Shown here piece by piece: positions 1-14,334 of a DNA stretch of 64,000 nucleotides. The DNA lies in assembly GCA_949358305.1 (NCBI GenBank), contig OX442314.1, positions 20,770,001 through 20,834,000 on the forward strand. Direction: 5' to 3'. How positions within the stretch are numbered: position 1 is the stretch's first letter; each line of letters starts with the position of its first letter. The position numbers and the translations under genes are program-made. The notes under the pieces were generated by a model. It was given only the letters and a program-made list of their open reading frames with translations. It was not told the origin of the DNA and searched no databases. The stretch is from Strigamia acuminata (Eukaryota).

Positions 1-1234
1 TTGCATCCATCGACACACGTCCAGAGCAAGTGTGAGAAAGGTCCTACTCCAATTCCACGCTCACATCGATCTCGTCCGTGTCCGTGTCCTCGTTCGCTTT
101 TCGATCGGCGCGCAAATTGAATCACCTCGACCACTCGCGATACGTCCGAAGCGCTCGCATTTTCCACCACGTACTCGACCAAGCAATCGAGATAAAGGTC
201 TGTCACGTCGGATCCTAGAACGTTGACGTCTTTTCGCGCGGAAGAGCAGAACGCCAAAGCCGCTTCCGCAGCAGATAACTGGCCGTCGAAACGGCGAGAC
301 GAGAAGCAAGACGAGCGTCGCTTTTCAGAATTTCTCATCGTCCGACAAGCACCCGCAGCTGTGGGAGCATCGAGACTCGTCACCCGATACCAACAACAAT
401 CCGAATCTTTCGAGCCATTCCTCGTTCTTGTCGTCGGCTCGTGAACATATTTTCGCGCATCCCTTCACCACCGAAATGTCTTTCTCTTTCTCTTTCTGTT
501 TCTCTTCCACGAGGTTCGTCAACCGTAATAAACTTGAATTGGATACAATGGTGAAAATAATTACCGTAATAATTAATTTAATAAATAATTTTCATTCATT
601 TTATTTTCAAATATAAATTTATACTTGTGAGTGTTTTGAATCAAGAGCGATTCCATAATATTTTGGCTTGGGTTTGTTCTTTATTATCACATTTTGAGAT
701 GTGTGCGTAAAAATGGAAGAATTCATACAGTTTTGTTATCTTATTTTATTACTGTTCAACATCAGCCGAAAATTAAAATCCAAATTAAATTAAATTTGAC
801 TTGATTTTCTAAAAATAATGGCCAAGCTTTGCCGGCATGAATACACAAACACCACTACGATTCCATCGCTATGATTCCATCGCTACGATTCCATAATACG
901 CGAAAATATGCTCACGAGCCGAGCCGGCAGGCATTCGGGCGGCATACATTCGGGCGGCATACATTCGGGCGGCATTTGTGCGGTATTCGTGCGGCATTCG
1001 AAAAGACGCCAACGTTCTAGGATCCGACGTGACAGACCTTTATCTCGATTGCTTGGTCGAGTACGTGGTGGAAAATGCGAGCGCTTCGGACGTATCGCGA
1101 GTGGTCGAGGTGATTCAATTTGTGCGCCGATCGAAAAGCGAACGAGGACACGGACACGGACGAGATCGATGTGAGCGTGGAATTGGAGTAGGACCTTTCT
1201 CACACTTGCTCTGGACGTGTGTCGATGGATGCAA
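1..1234. repeat. Long inverted repeat: arm 1-236 pairs with 999-1234, and an extra block 434-457 pairs with 899-922; the left arm may extend beyond the window
   Basis: TTGCATCCATCGACACACGTCCAGAGC at position 1 is the reverse complement of the sequence ending at 1234. Mirror-image ORFs 32..226(+) and 883..1203(-) translate identically over their shared length. Confidence 0.95.
853..975 (+). repeat. Two short 15-bp tandem arrays: (CTACGATTCCATCG-like)x3 and (GGCATACATTCGGGC)x3
   Basis: Visible directly between the inverted arms; the second array gives the PPECM repeats in the ORF track. Confidence 0.8.
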
Positions 1235-4200
1235 GATCAAAAGTAGAGCGAAAATTGCGCGAAACTCGTTGAAAATTTGTGTTTACCGTGTGTTTACCAT
1301 GGCGAAAGCATAAACAGGAAGTGAACAATACTTGGTGTGACGTCACTTCCTGCCAACCGAACATCTGATCGCTGAGACAATAGACTCAGCTATCCAGTGA
1401 GTAATCTATATCTATGGTAGAGCACAGTCCACAGTTAGGCGTAATCCGACTCAACCAATTGGAAATAGGTCAACGTTGTATCGGTTTAGAGTATAGTATA
1501 GGTTTTAACCAGTTTAACGCAATATCAATACAATTTATGAATGTAATTTATTTAGCATAAATTCAATATATCAGAGATCAAAAGTAATTAGACAACTTTG
1601 AATCAGATAACAATAAAAGCACTCACAAGGCAGTTGCACTTCAAATTGACACTAAGAAGTGTGTTGTAACAGATATCATGAAGTATTTTCATGCGTTTGT
1701 TAAAGTATTTCGTGCTTCCTTATCTGGACAACCAAAAGCAACCACATGTAGGCAAGTTGGCAGACCCTAGAGTGAATGCAGCAGATTTGATAACAAACGA
1801 GTCTACCATGCCACAAATATGAGTGTTTTTACAACTAAAGACACCTCAAGGTGATGCTAAAATTTATGGTACAAATCCAGAAAAAATATCTTTAACTTCA
1901 AAAAAGAAGCAGATGGCCCGATTATTACTGGATAAAATAATCCAGAGCAACAAATCAAAGGTTCTGACGTTTGGAACTTATTGAATTAAGTACTTAGGAC
2001 ATCCTGAATGTCAATGATTAAATCAAAGGTGGCAAATTCCACCAGTCAAACATGGCGGAAAAAAACCAAATGAACTGTGCTTGTTTTAAGTGCTTTTTTA
2101 TGAGATAGCATCACAGATAAAGTGGCTTGAAATACCATCTGAGATACCCAAATAAAATCATTTTTCAAATGAATATGCCTCAGCGACGGCAATTTCCACT
2201 GAATAAGCGCACCACCAATCTAACTAAGGAGTAAGGACTCATTCATCTCCAAGAAAATTCAAGCACTTAAATGGTCTTCACATTTAAAGAATAAAATTCA
2301 ATAGATGATCAAGCACTTCCCACGGGGAAGTACCTGATCATCAATACAAGGACCAGAAACCAAAAAACAAACTAAAAAACTTGAGATGCTATGCATCTTC
2401 TCCCAAGAAGATTCCTCTTGCCACAAAATATATTAATATTGCATTAAATGGGTACTTTAAATGGGTACTTTTCCTTTACAATTATGACATTTTTTACACT
2501 ATATTTAGGGTAAGGTAAAAATGGGTTGCAGTTTTAAGTTATAGTTATAAAATTAGAGTTAACCTTATACATGTTACGTGATTACCAAAACTAGTAATGT
2601 CTGATTCGCATAAAAAGAGAGCATTCCTGTTTTCAACTGTTGCAATACAATGCTGCAACTTTATTATTGTGAATTTAAAAGAATTAAAAGCAGAAATAAT
2701 TAGATAAACCGTAACATGTGCTCCCCGCCTAAATGAAGCGGAGAATTCAAAATGGCGGCAAAAGAGGTCAATGCTAATCCAGATTTTTAGTCAGTGACGT
2801 AAATAGTGAAAAACTACTGGATTGGCTACGCTATTTTCAGTTATAGTGTAAGTTCCGGTAGAGTTATAAGTTTTCCACTATAATTATAGGCTTAACAGGG
2901 GTTTTATAAGGGAAAAGTACCTGCCGCAAATTGTGTACTATCGAAGAATCCCAGTGTAAGCAGAAAAAAAGATATAGCTAAACAAACAATTGTCTCATTA
3001 CTTTTGATCGGTACTGTACTACAAATGCCAATAAAGACCAATAATTAGTCTCTTCATTGAACTGATTCACAATGGTTTAATTTAATTTAATTTAATTTTT
3101 TTAATCAAATTGATCTCTGCACGGTCAATTATTCTTCCTTCTTGTGAAACGGATCACAAAACAGCCATTTTTAACAACTAAAAACAACCTCACAACTGCG
3201 ATATACAACCTAACTCCCACGTACCACCCTCTTCTGGGAGCCGGCAATATATTTTTACCCGTGCTTCCATCTTGTTGCTTTTTATGCCGCCCTGTTTTAT
3301 GCACGACAATAGTAAAGTGGCTGTAAACCTAGTCCTTTCAAAGGTTATAAACTTTTCCGTTTATATAAAAAAGAACCCACGAGTCTTGTCGTTCGTGCAT
3401 CACAGACGAAACTTGCCAAATATTTTTTTCTCTTATTCCCTACTTTCACTAGTTCGCTTTCGCTTATAGCCCAGCACGAAAACTCTACAGGGAAGCCATC
3501 AAGCCAAGACACCATAAAAAAAAATAAAATGCAAAAAAAAAAAAAATAGAAAGAAAGAAAAGGAAAAGGGGTGGAAAAAGGGTGATATGGGGGTAAAAAA
3601 AAAAAGATTGCGAAATTTGATTTCCACCCGCCTACACCTTTGATTTCCGACCTGCCACCAAAACTAATCGGATGGAGTCCATGGAAAATGGCCCTCCCAC
3701 TGACCATTTATTGCCCATTCCAAACTCACCTTAGTAAATTTACGATTATACGCTTGATAGAAACATACGTTTGAGCCTACTCAAAAAAAGATTGGTGTCA
3801 ATTTTTAACTGCATTCTGCTAAAGACAAGAATATATATATATATATATATACTGTATATATATTTATATTTTATCATACATTTTATACATGTTTTTTACA
3901 ATTTATTCTAGGGCTTTACTGTTTTAAAATAATAAATAAATAAATAGGCATAAATCAATGCCATTAAATCTGTTTGCACCTTAAAATGTAACGGTACTAA
4001 GAGCTGAAAAAAGTGCATATTGTAATTTTCCCTTAAAACTACCATTCCCAAAACGGCGATTTAGATTTCCTTCTTTGCCTCACTTCATTAGATATATGTT
4101 TCACATGTGGGTAATAACAACGCCTTTTTGAATTTTTAAAAGTATTCGACGTAAGGCTGGTTTGAAAAAACATGCTCAAGTAAATTATCAAATAAAAAAG

Positions 4201-7200
4201 CAAAAGCAACTCCAAACTTGCCCATCAGTCGTTCTACCAAAAAAAAAAGAAAAAAAAAGAGTACTTAACTGAAAAAAAAATGAAAAAAGCTCATTGAAAG
4301 AGTTACAGTTTTAAAAATAACCATAAATTGCAAAGTTCCACTTGGTTTAATGAGTTGCAGTAAGTTTAGTTTCACTGCAAAACCGCTTCCCCCGTAACAA
4401 CAATCTCCACCTATATCTCGACTAGGTAGCAAACAAGTTGTCGCATGTATATCTTGACTGAGCATGGTCAGTTGTTTACGATGAGCAGCATCTGACGAGG
4501 TTGCTAGGAAACTCCTAACAGCGCTTTTACAAATAGCTTTCAACAGGAATTTTTGAACCAAATGTTTGAAAAACTTGTTGAAATATTTTGCACAATTAGC
4601 TTTTAATAAAAAAATACTACATTTCTTCCTTCTGCGTGTTCCTAAGCTAATGCAATTCAATTACCCGCATAAATAATAAATTAAAATAATTTTGAATAAA
4701 TATAAAATATAAATGAATAAATAAATAAATAAATAAAAATCCCAATTTGGACAACGCATTCCAAAGGGACCGTCAAGTACAGCAGCGGACTATGCGCATC
4801 AAGATCAAACGCAAGAATTTGAGGCCATTTGATGAAGTTAAAGCGGTATGCTGTGTGCTGGCATGCGCAGGCCTCCGTAATTGTATTAATGATGACCGTT
4901 AATTACCACCACCATTTAGCTAATGTTCGCATTGCCGCCCCCAAAACGAACCGAGGCAAAAGTGGAGGGCGAACGAGCAAAGGGTTTAATTTTAAGGCCT
5001 ACAAAGATTAGAAGCGGTGAAGTGAAGTCTTGGGGTGACCAGTGCCTATTGTGGAAACAAGCGGCACAAAGTGAAAATTTGTTCGCCCAATTGCCACGGG
5101 GTCATTCGGACATTCATCTCTCATACCGTTGCACAAAACTGACCGCTTTGCCCGTTTCAAAATTCTCATTTGCTAGTTGCTACACTCTACCAATTATTTT
5201 TACAATCCCCAAACTATAAACGGTGCGTTTAACAATCCCGTTAACGGCTTACTATGTTTAGTTTTTGGCTCTAATTCGGGCGTATGCGGTGAGCCAAAAT
5301 CTCCTCGAGGCACATTAAAAGTTTTCATCTTTGTCTTAAGTCAATAAAGATAGCAAAGCCCAAAGTAAATACTCAAGGTAACATTATTGTTTACGGTTCA
5401 AGCCAAGCCAGGCTAAACGAGACCTCTCTTTTCACCTCAATACTTCCGAAGCCATATGCATCATTAACTCATTCTCTCCTCCGTAAGCCAATTGCACAGT
5501 CATTTTTCTTAAAAATTGCAACCTATCTCGGTAGAACCTCCGCTTGTGACGATGTCGATTTGATATCGATCCCGATTAAGATCGATATGAATCTCTAGCC
5601 CGCAAGATCACTTTTTACAAAGTATGGCCGTTAAGACAGACCGAATTCGAGTAATTTTTCCAAAACCACTAAAATAATAAATAATAATTCAATCATCAAA
5701 ATGATTACACCGGTGTTTCATGTCCCAAACGACGCATTGCAAATCAATATTTTTAGAAATTGTCCGCACATGTTGCCGTGTTCCGACTAGAAACTATAGA
5801 CTACTATAACAGTGACATCTGTTGTTCAACTCGCATCTTCCTAACACATTCCACACACGCAAAACGAGCATATATCCCAAATGTTGGGGCCCATTTAGAA
5901 GGCGAAAAAAGAAATGCCAATGCCGACAATTTCTAAACGCCCCACAGTTCAATGTGTTGTGCAGCGCGCACACTGCACTGTTCCGGTAGGCGTGCACGCG
6001 CCAAAGCCAGCTTTCTTCAATCAGATATGTAAACAAACATCCTTCCTGCACCTCTTCACTTCATTTTTCCTAAATATCGAACCCGCCGCAAATTCCATTC
6101 ATAACAACCTTCACCAATAACTGGCATCAACATTGTTATCGCTTTGACAAGTGTCCAAACCGGAAATGCAAACAAAACGCGCCACCTGAACTCAATGGCA
6201 GCTCCCTCTCTCCCTCGTTCACTATACAATTTCAATTCTTTCACGCGCCTCTCTCAAACTCTTTTCTCTCTTTCTAATCTTGTACATACCTTCACTTTCT
6301 ATTGTGTTCTGATCACACGCAACTGTCTCTTCTGGCAACCTGCCATCCACCCCCTAAGGACTCCATAATATTTTACATATCATACCTTGTACAACTTAAA
6401 TTGAACATACAATCCAATACATTTTACCTAAACCCTCTTTAGCTCCTATTGCAATTGCCGTATGCAGAATAAATTCTCTCTTTCCTAACTCATTTCCTTC
6501 CCCAGAAAAAAAAAAAAACCAAGAAATAAATAAATAAATAAATTATCTTTTTGTATTCTCCAGTAGGGAGATCCAACCCAGATAAAAAAATAAAAATAAA
6601 AAAAAAATAAAATAAAAAAATGTACAACTGGAAACTGATGCATTAAATAATGAATCAAAAAACCACATCTTATTTTTTTTCATTCGAAGCCTGTGGGGGA
6701 TAAAATAGTTAATAAAATTGAATCAAGCAAAATAAACAAAAGTGGTTTTGTTCAAACAAAACATTCGCTTTCCAAATAAGCAGACATTCTTAAATTGAAA
6801 TATGCATATAAGCAAAAAAAAATTCAAAATTCTAGCAAAAGACCAACAAATAAGTTTTCATATTTGTTTTGACCTATATTGACCAACTATACGTCTCTAT
6901 ACGTTTTTAGAAAAATTTTAAATTCCTTTCCTCTAGATTATTCACCTCATCAATAGGCCAAATCAATTTCTACGTGAATCCCACTAGTCGTCTCTCAGCA
7001 GTCATGCGATACAAGTAGTTTTTCTGGCATTCTTCCACAACTGCTTCGATATATTCAGTGCTCACAAAGTGGAATCATGATTTAAACAGAGCAGAAGCGC
7101 TTTATCAAATAATGTATGCAATAAAAACCCCTTTCACAACCTCCTCCGTTCGGTTCGTTTTGCCAGACGACGACGATGTTAATAAGCACAGGGATTTGTC

Positions 7201-10200
7201 ACCAGCTCAAATTACTCGTAATTCGTCCAAACGGACTCTAGAGGATTAAGATGATGCCATGTTCACACCAATCAACATTATTAAATTCCTTTATCTTTCA
7301 TTTTTTTTCTCCTTCTTTTACTTATTTTTTTTTTTTTACCCTCCGCCATAAATATACTGGCTGTAATTTCTCAGCAACAGATTCCATTTTCCACCTTGCA
7401 CCGTAACTTGCAAATTTTTATTTCAACTTGCAAATTTTTGCCATATTTTTAAATTACCTTTCATGCAAATGAAAAAGGGTTACGTCCCGTTTAAAAATGT
7501 AATAACCGAGCGAACTAAATATAATTATTTATACAATCAAAAAGAAAATTGCAACTGCAATAACAGTGTTTATTTGTCTCGGTCGAGTTGCATTAAATTT
7601 GCAACTCTTTTGCAGCAAAATTTCGCTTGTTCAAATGCAAATAACACCACGGTTCACCGATTGAACGCTCTGGCAACACGAAAAATAGAAAACTGTTACC
7701 TTCACCACCACTAATTTCGTCTTGCGAGAGGCGTATATTAACCCAGATGCTGGAACATAAAAGGAAATAAGACATTCTCCAATGTCTTGAAAATTACCCG
7801 CTTCAGAACTGGTACAAATCAACAACACTCCATGATATAACTAGAAATAATACTATTCATTGTTATATGCCGATAAGAATAGTTGGGTTTGATCTCTGGA
7901 GGTGATAACAAATAAAGAATTCTGTGAAGACAAAATTGTGGCTTCCTTTCCTCCTATCTTGGTCAAAACTTTTCGCTAACACTATTGTTTATTATTTATT
8001 TCATTCATTCCTCTTGCTGGTCATGTCCCAAAAGACCTCTAACCAGCTCAGCATTGGCACAAGGTGGAAAATAACTGAAAGCTGCTGGTGAGAATTTAAA
8101 AGATAACTGTAAATAATCAATTTTGTTTTTTCACTAAATAAAATAAACACGTCAAAATAAATCGATAAACAACGAGTAAAAAGTGGAAAACTCTCCCTTC
8201 ACAACTTGTATTTTTATCCATCCTTATTTTGCGGCGCAGACTGTAAAAATATTCAAATTCACACTACATCTTAAACTTAAAGGTCTCTATCTCGTCAAAG
8301 TCTCATTTTCTCACTTTCAGCGTTTTCCAATGCGCCACCGCCATCACCAATAGCCTCTTGTGGGTTCCACTAAATTAGTAGGTTTATCAGACACCCTTAA
8401 TAGGAGCATTTATTCTCAACATTCTCCCAACTTCCACTTTATACCCTCACCCTTGCAATTTATCAGCTTGTGCCAGGCATTCCACTCACACAACCGCATT
8501 CTGCATGCCCCAAAATCAAACATTTCAACCAGAAATACAAGCTGTTTCATCCTGCATCATTACAGAAACACAATAACATTCCTAATTAACTTCATCTCGC
8601 TAGCCTCCACCCACATTTTTTTTTTTCTAAATAATAATAAATTTCATTTCTCCAATATTTACTTTGCAATTCTGTGACTAGATGGAACTAGCTCACGTCT
8701 ATCGTGCAAGGGAAAAAAATGGATTGGAAGTTTTTCAATAAATACCGGAAAGACATCAATTAAGCAGGCAAAATATTTCGACCATGAATTTTTTTTCTGT
8801 TTAAGGGGAAACGGGAAAAATAAAAAAGAAGACAAAGGAAACAAGTACTACATTTTTTTTTTAAAACGCGCCAATTTTTCAAGACCCATTTTAAATAAGG
8901 TTATCCAAGCGGAGATAAATATCCTGACAGCAAAATCGCTTCACCGACTCTGTTTTGGAAAATTTGAGATGACAAGTAATTCAATTTCTATTGTTTCAGT
9001 CCCAAAAATAAAAATAAATAAAAGCTAGTAAAAATGCATCAACTTTATCTGAATTGATAAAATCCACAATAATTTGTTCGATTAGTTTTGCACAAAAAAT
9101 TCAAGACACAAAATAAATGTCAAAAAATAATATCAATTTAGAAAATAATATCAGCATTTCCCTATTAAACAAAAAAAAAACTAAATATCATAAATAACGT
9201 TCAACATATGAGAATAGAACACCTGTGGTAAAAATGTGAACGTTTTAATGGGATGAGTCAACAGAATTGCTGCATTCGCACAAAATGATGCACAAACTAC
9301 CAAATGCATTTACTCGTTTCAATTTACACAGTTAGACTAATTGACTATGAAATTCACAGCAAACACTAGGCGCATTCATAAAAGTCACTTGTTTATATTT
9401 TATAAACCATTCTAAATATAAAATTGTACATGTTAAATTTTCAAAATGCCTTTATAAATGCGCCTACTAAATTTACAAACAAACGTTTATAATTGCAAAG
9501 CAAACAGCCAGATTTAGAAATTTGGTGAAACTCTGAACCCAGATGAGAAAATGTACAAAAATCACAACAATTAGTAAATTCTACCTACGGTAATAAATTA
9601 AGTCGCCATTTGGTTTGTTGGCATAGTATTTTCCGAGTTAAGATTGTGCAATTATGCAAATCGTTTTAGCACATTTCCTAAGATTACTATCTCGGATTTA
9701 ATCATGTGTTAAAAAATAAAGTCAGCTAAATAGATGTACAGAGTAACAGACTTTCCCCATAATTTATTCTTCTTCTAGCGGTTTGCTAATTATAAAAAGA
9801 ACTGTCCCTGTCGCCATAGTACTCTATTTTCAGACAAGGTCTCTCACAAAACAAGTTAAAGGACACATTAGATTGCAATATTTTCTGGCTACCTCTTTAA
9901 TCATCATTGCATAATTCCAACTGTGATGCTACAACTTTATCACCATAAATCAATCTCGCATCAAATTATTAGCAAACAGTATTAAATTTTCAAAACACCT
10001 GCACTAATAGCAGCATAATGCGTGTAATAATATTCCTTTCGGTGAAACAAAATTATTTATAAAATAACCTAACGAAAATTTTACATCTTAAATTTTATAA
10101 TCATCACACTGAGCAATTCCCAAGTGAAAATAACAACAAAAATCGCATCTTTTACGTCGAATTTTAAGTGCACATTCAATTCTCCTCAGACTAACATTTC

Positions 10201-12930
10201 TTGAAGAGATAAAAAAAAAATCTGCATTGATTTATTTATTTTTTTTACGATTTCAATCAACAATACGAATCCAAAACTACTTCAACTTATTAACCTTCAA
10301 ACTGTCTCTCTATTTAAATCTTTAAATAATACTGTTGGATTGAAGCCAGTTACATGGCTTTACACTTTCGCATCATCCATCAACGTCTCTTCTAACATGA
10401 AAAATCATTTGTACATAAAGAATTAACACATCAATTTCCAAAATACAAGACGTACAACTCGAAAAATTTCATATTGTTATAAAATAGAGATAGAAAAGAA
10501 TTTTTAAAAATAATAAAACATTAATAATAATAATAATTAATAAAGCAATACCTTCCTCCAAAATGTGATTGCAGAAACATGTTGGCAATAACAAGTGACT
10601 TTATAAACTCGTGAGGAATCAAATGTTTGCACAAAGAACAACAAGAGCTAACAGGGGAGCCAATAGCAGAAGCAGAGGGGAGAAGAAAGTGAAAAATAAA
10701 CTTGAGCAAACCCAGGAAAGAAAGTGCTTAGCCAAGCAACAAAATACAACATCTCTGGTGTGTGCAGGCCACATCCACTTCTAGGCATCACTTGCTGTGT
10801 TTAACTGCTGGAATTTTTTTATTTCATTTTTTTTTTTCTTAAGCCAAAGTAATGAATTTTTGAGAAAAAAATATTAGGAATCGTGCTATTATTAGAAAAG
10901 TAATCCGCATTGAGCCAATTATTTCCAATGTTTGAAATAGAGAAAATAAAAATAAAAAATAATAATAATACAGCTGATAGGTCAATAAGCTGATTTTTTT
11001 TTCCCACTTTTCTTTTGGTTTCAAGGTTTAAGGTTTTTTGTATTGTTTCTCATTTTTTATGCACATTTTTATTTGTGATAAGTTGTAAAACTATGACTTA
11101 CCTTTACATTAAGTTGAAGACAAGTTCCTCGTTTGAACACAAGATGGCGACAATCAGCACACAAAAGCATAAGCAAACAAAACCTTTAAAAAATGAAAAT
11201 AACTAGTTGGTTGTCTTTCACTTGGTGATTTTCAATTAAAATTACTATAAAAACTAAAAGTAGTTTCCCTTTCAGCTATTTATGTTGATAATATAAATGA
11301 AAAAAAAAAATTAAGAAATAAATATACACCGTGACATTTCAAATTGTATAGAAATGAAATGTGTACATAATTACATCACGACCTAAAAATGTTCGCATCA
11401 TAATAGACGTATTTGCTTTCCTGATTAAAGTTTTATCAAATGCCAAAAACTAAACTTGTGATTATAGAAAAAAAAATTTATAAATTCTAAAATAAATATG
11501 TACATCTTTAAAAATACAATTTAAAATTATTTTTTTTAAATTTGTGGAAATTATTGACTTTCTTATTTTTTTTTGTTTTTTATGTAATGCCTAAACTGAC
11601 ACTAGGTGCATTTTAAATTTAATTGGTATAGTTCGCTTACCAAGCATTTTCTGTGATCTAACTATGCAAAAAGCGAATAATTTACCATTTATATTTACAT
11701 TTACCATCAATTAAAAATTGAATGCACCCCTTTAAATTTCTAACTTCTAAGAAACTCTGATTCAATTTAGACAAGCATTTAAAAAAAAATAGTAATAATT
11801 TATCATTACATAAACCTGAAAGCTAAAAGCCGAATAAAATATCTTAACAATTTTTTTCCCTTTTTTTGCAAACAGGAAAATACAACGCAACGCAGTCCAC
11901 TTTCAAGTTGAAGTAGCATTTCAAATCTCCAACTAGACATTTATTTTTTTTAATGCAATCTTATCTGAAACTCCAACCTCAATATTTTTTTCAAATTAAA
12001 CGTCCATTTTTGATTTATTTCCCAACCAAACCTACAATTACAAATATTAACTTACTTTCTCACAGGTTCACATTATTAATTTATCTAAAACTAAACCAAA
12101 ATCATTACACCTTTGTGTGTGTACAAAACATCCCAAAACACCTTTAAGTCCATTAATTTACGCATTCATACATATGTAATTTCGATTGCTTAGAATAAAC
12201 TGCCTCTTCAATGTCCACATGACTTCCTGGAAATAGTTTCATAGTGCAAGAGTATGAAAGGGTCAGGTGTAGCGAGGTCATGTCTCACAGCTAGATCAAG
12301 GTCAACGATATTCATTTTGTTCGCAAAAAAATTGAATTAAAATAAAACATGATGTACTCAAAAATATAAAATGTTTCTTTTCAGTTTTATGAATATAAAA
12401 TGAAAATAAAATCACAATCATCTAACACTCCCGTATAAAATTACGTTATTGTAAATACCAAACAGCTAGAATTTTTTTTATTTTTTTTTCTTTTCAAATA
12501 AATTTTATTGCCATTTTTTCCGTTTCAACCGACGTCCATTATAAAATTTTCTTAAAAAAATGTCTTCTATTTTATTTTGAATTTTCTTGTTTTAAAAAAA
12601 AACTTTGGAGAGGGGGATTAGAGAAATTTTGAACACGAAAACATAAGGGATTAATATTTAACAGAGGTAAAATGACAATGGAACAAGCAAATTAATAACA
12701 TGGAATAATTTTTTAAAAAATAAATAATAATAAGCCAGACTACAAACATGTGGACACAACAGGTAGTTTTTCCTAAGCAAATGACATGTCAACTCACAGT
12801 ATGCGGGGATTAGAGGAAAAATTAGTAAGACCCACAACTAAAAAGCAACCAAATATAATGGAATAAAGCAGGTATATGTATATTTATCAAGTTACGATAC
12901 GCAAGAGTAGCGGGCAAGCGGTATTACTTA

Positions 12931-13002
12931 CTAAAGTCTGCGGAATACGAACGAGGGACACACACACGAGGACGACAGCAAACAAAATGGCCTTTGACGT
13001 CA
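12931..13002 (-). promoter_or_regulatory. Putative TSS and non-coding first exon of an unidentified minus-strand gene running leftwards
   Basis: On the minus strand: CRE TGACGTCA (12995-13002), a YY1-like GCCATTTT, a short GC-richer exon and a GTAAGT donor. Similar donor-bounded candidate exons occur near 11101-11160, 7700-7840 and 3730-3818. Confidence 0.35.
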
Positions 13003-14029
13003 TTTCGACTCCCAAACAAAAAATGCTCAACGCTCGTGAATATCAAATTTTTTTTTTTTTTTGTTTATCAAATTAAAATTATTCATTTTTATGTAAATTA
13101 TAATTACTGATAAAAATAAAAATTGATTTTAATTTTTTATGTTGGTCTTTGTGTTGTGGCTTTATTTAAACTCTTGTTTCTGAAAGCGTGCGCTGAGTTT
13201 AGGAACGGCAAATGTCGATCGTGGCGCTTTGCGGCATAAAAACAAGATAAATCGTTGGTGAAAGTGTTCTTTTTATCACGAAAACTACATCTACATTGTT
13301 CTAAAATAAGCTAATTATTTCAAGGAATCCCTATGATGATACATACTTTTAAAATGAATGAGCTAAAACACAATGCAATATGAGAAATATTTGAAATCCG
13401 GTCGATAGCAGACGATAGCTCATATTATTACATCGTTCATGCAAATTTCCGGGATAATCTTTTTCTAACTATAATTATTTTAAAAAATGAATGAAAAATG
13501 CAAGCAATTTCATGGAAGAATTTTTTATAGTTTTTAAAACAGATCTATAAGTCCTGAAACTCGAGAAACAATTTAATGTTAAAATAAAAATTCGCCAGAT
13601 GGTGCCACTTATTGGAGATTTCACAAGCCATTTGAACAAATAAAATTTTATGACATTATTTTTTTCTCAATACGTCTATTTAATAAAAATCAACAGAACA
13701 ATTAAAAGACGCAAATTTTGTGTCCTTTAAATGACATTTCAAAAAATTTCTCTTTCTTTTTTCTGCAGATTAGGTATCACTAATGATAACGAATGAGTAA
13801 TAATAAATCCCAGAAAAATGTTAAACTTTAGTTTTCAGTTTCATGTGTTGTGTTGACATACAATTACGCTTAATGTGGATATGAGGGGCCAGTTGCATCA
13901 CCACCTCGTGGTCATTATTTTTCTGTAAGGACAGGATTGGCTCTTGTTTTACTTTTGAAGGAAAAAGTCAGTTTTGTATTAGCATTCAACCTAAACGGAT
14001 GTGGATGTCTAATCATTCTCACATGGCGT

Positions 14030-14330
14030 CAGGGCCGGATTTACATACAAGCAGAATAAGCAGTTGCTTAGGGGCCCCTGCACATCGGGGCCCCGCAAAA
14101 AAATCCCATAATTTCCAATGAAAAAATGTTATAATGATTTTGATGTTTTTGGTGTGAATGAATGTATTTAAATCGGAAATATAATATACATTTGTAACTT
14201 TGTAAGTAATTTTTTTCTTTGCCGCATGTGTATTTATTATATATAAAGAGATAATAATAAGGGTATTTTTCAGATTTTTAAAATAAAACATTTTTTGGGG
14301 GGAGGGGAGAGGGTGCAAAAAAATTTTGAT
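14030..14330 (+). mobile_element. Truncated DNA-transposon/MITE end (hAT-like terminus CAGGGCCGGATTTA)
   Basis: Terminus motif followed by GGGGCCCC subterminal motifs; no matching second end was found. Confidence 0.4.
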
Positions 14331-14334
14331 CCAA

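Noticed and set aside
32..1313. Arg-rich ORFs present in mirror pairs
   Set aside because: They arise from the GC-rich inverted repeat; no recognisable domain or gene structure.
4265..4660. 131-aa minus-strand ORF
   Set aside because: Non-ATG start, no domain, and low-complexity intron-like composition.
8675..8697. miR-279-like seed (TGACTAGATGG...)
   Set aside because: No complementary 5' arm to form a pre-miRNA hairpin; only a tiny local stem.
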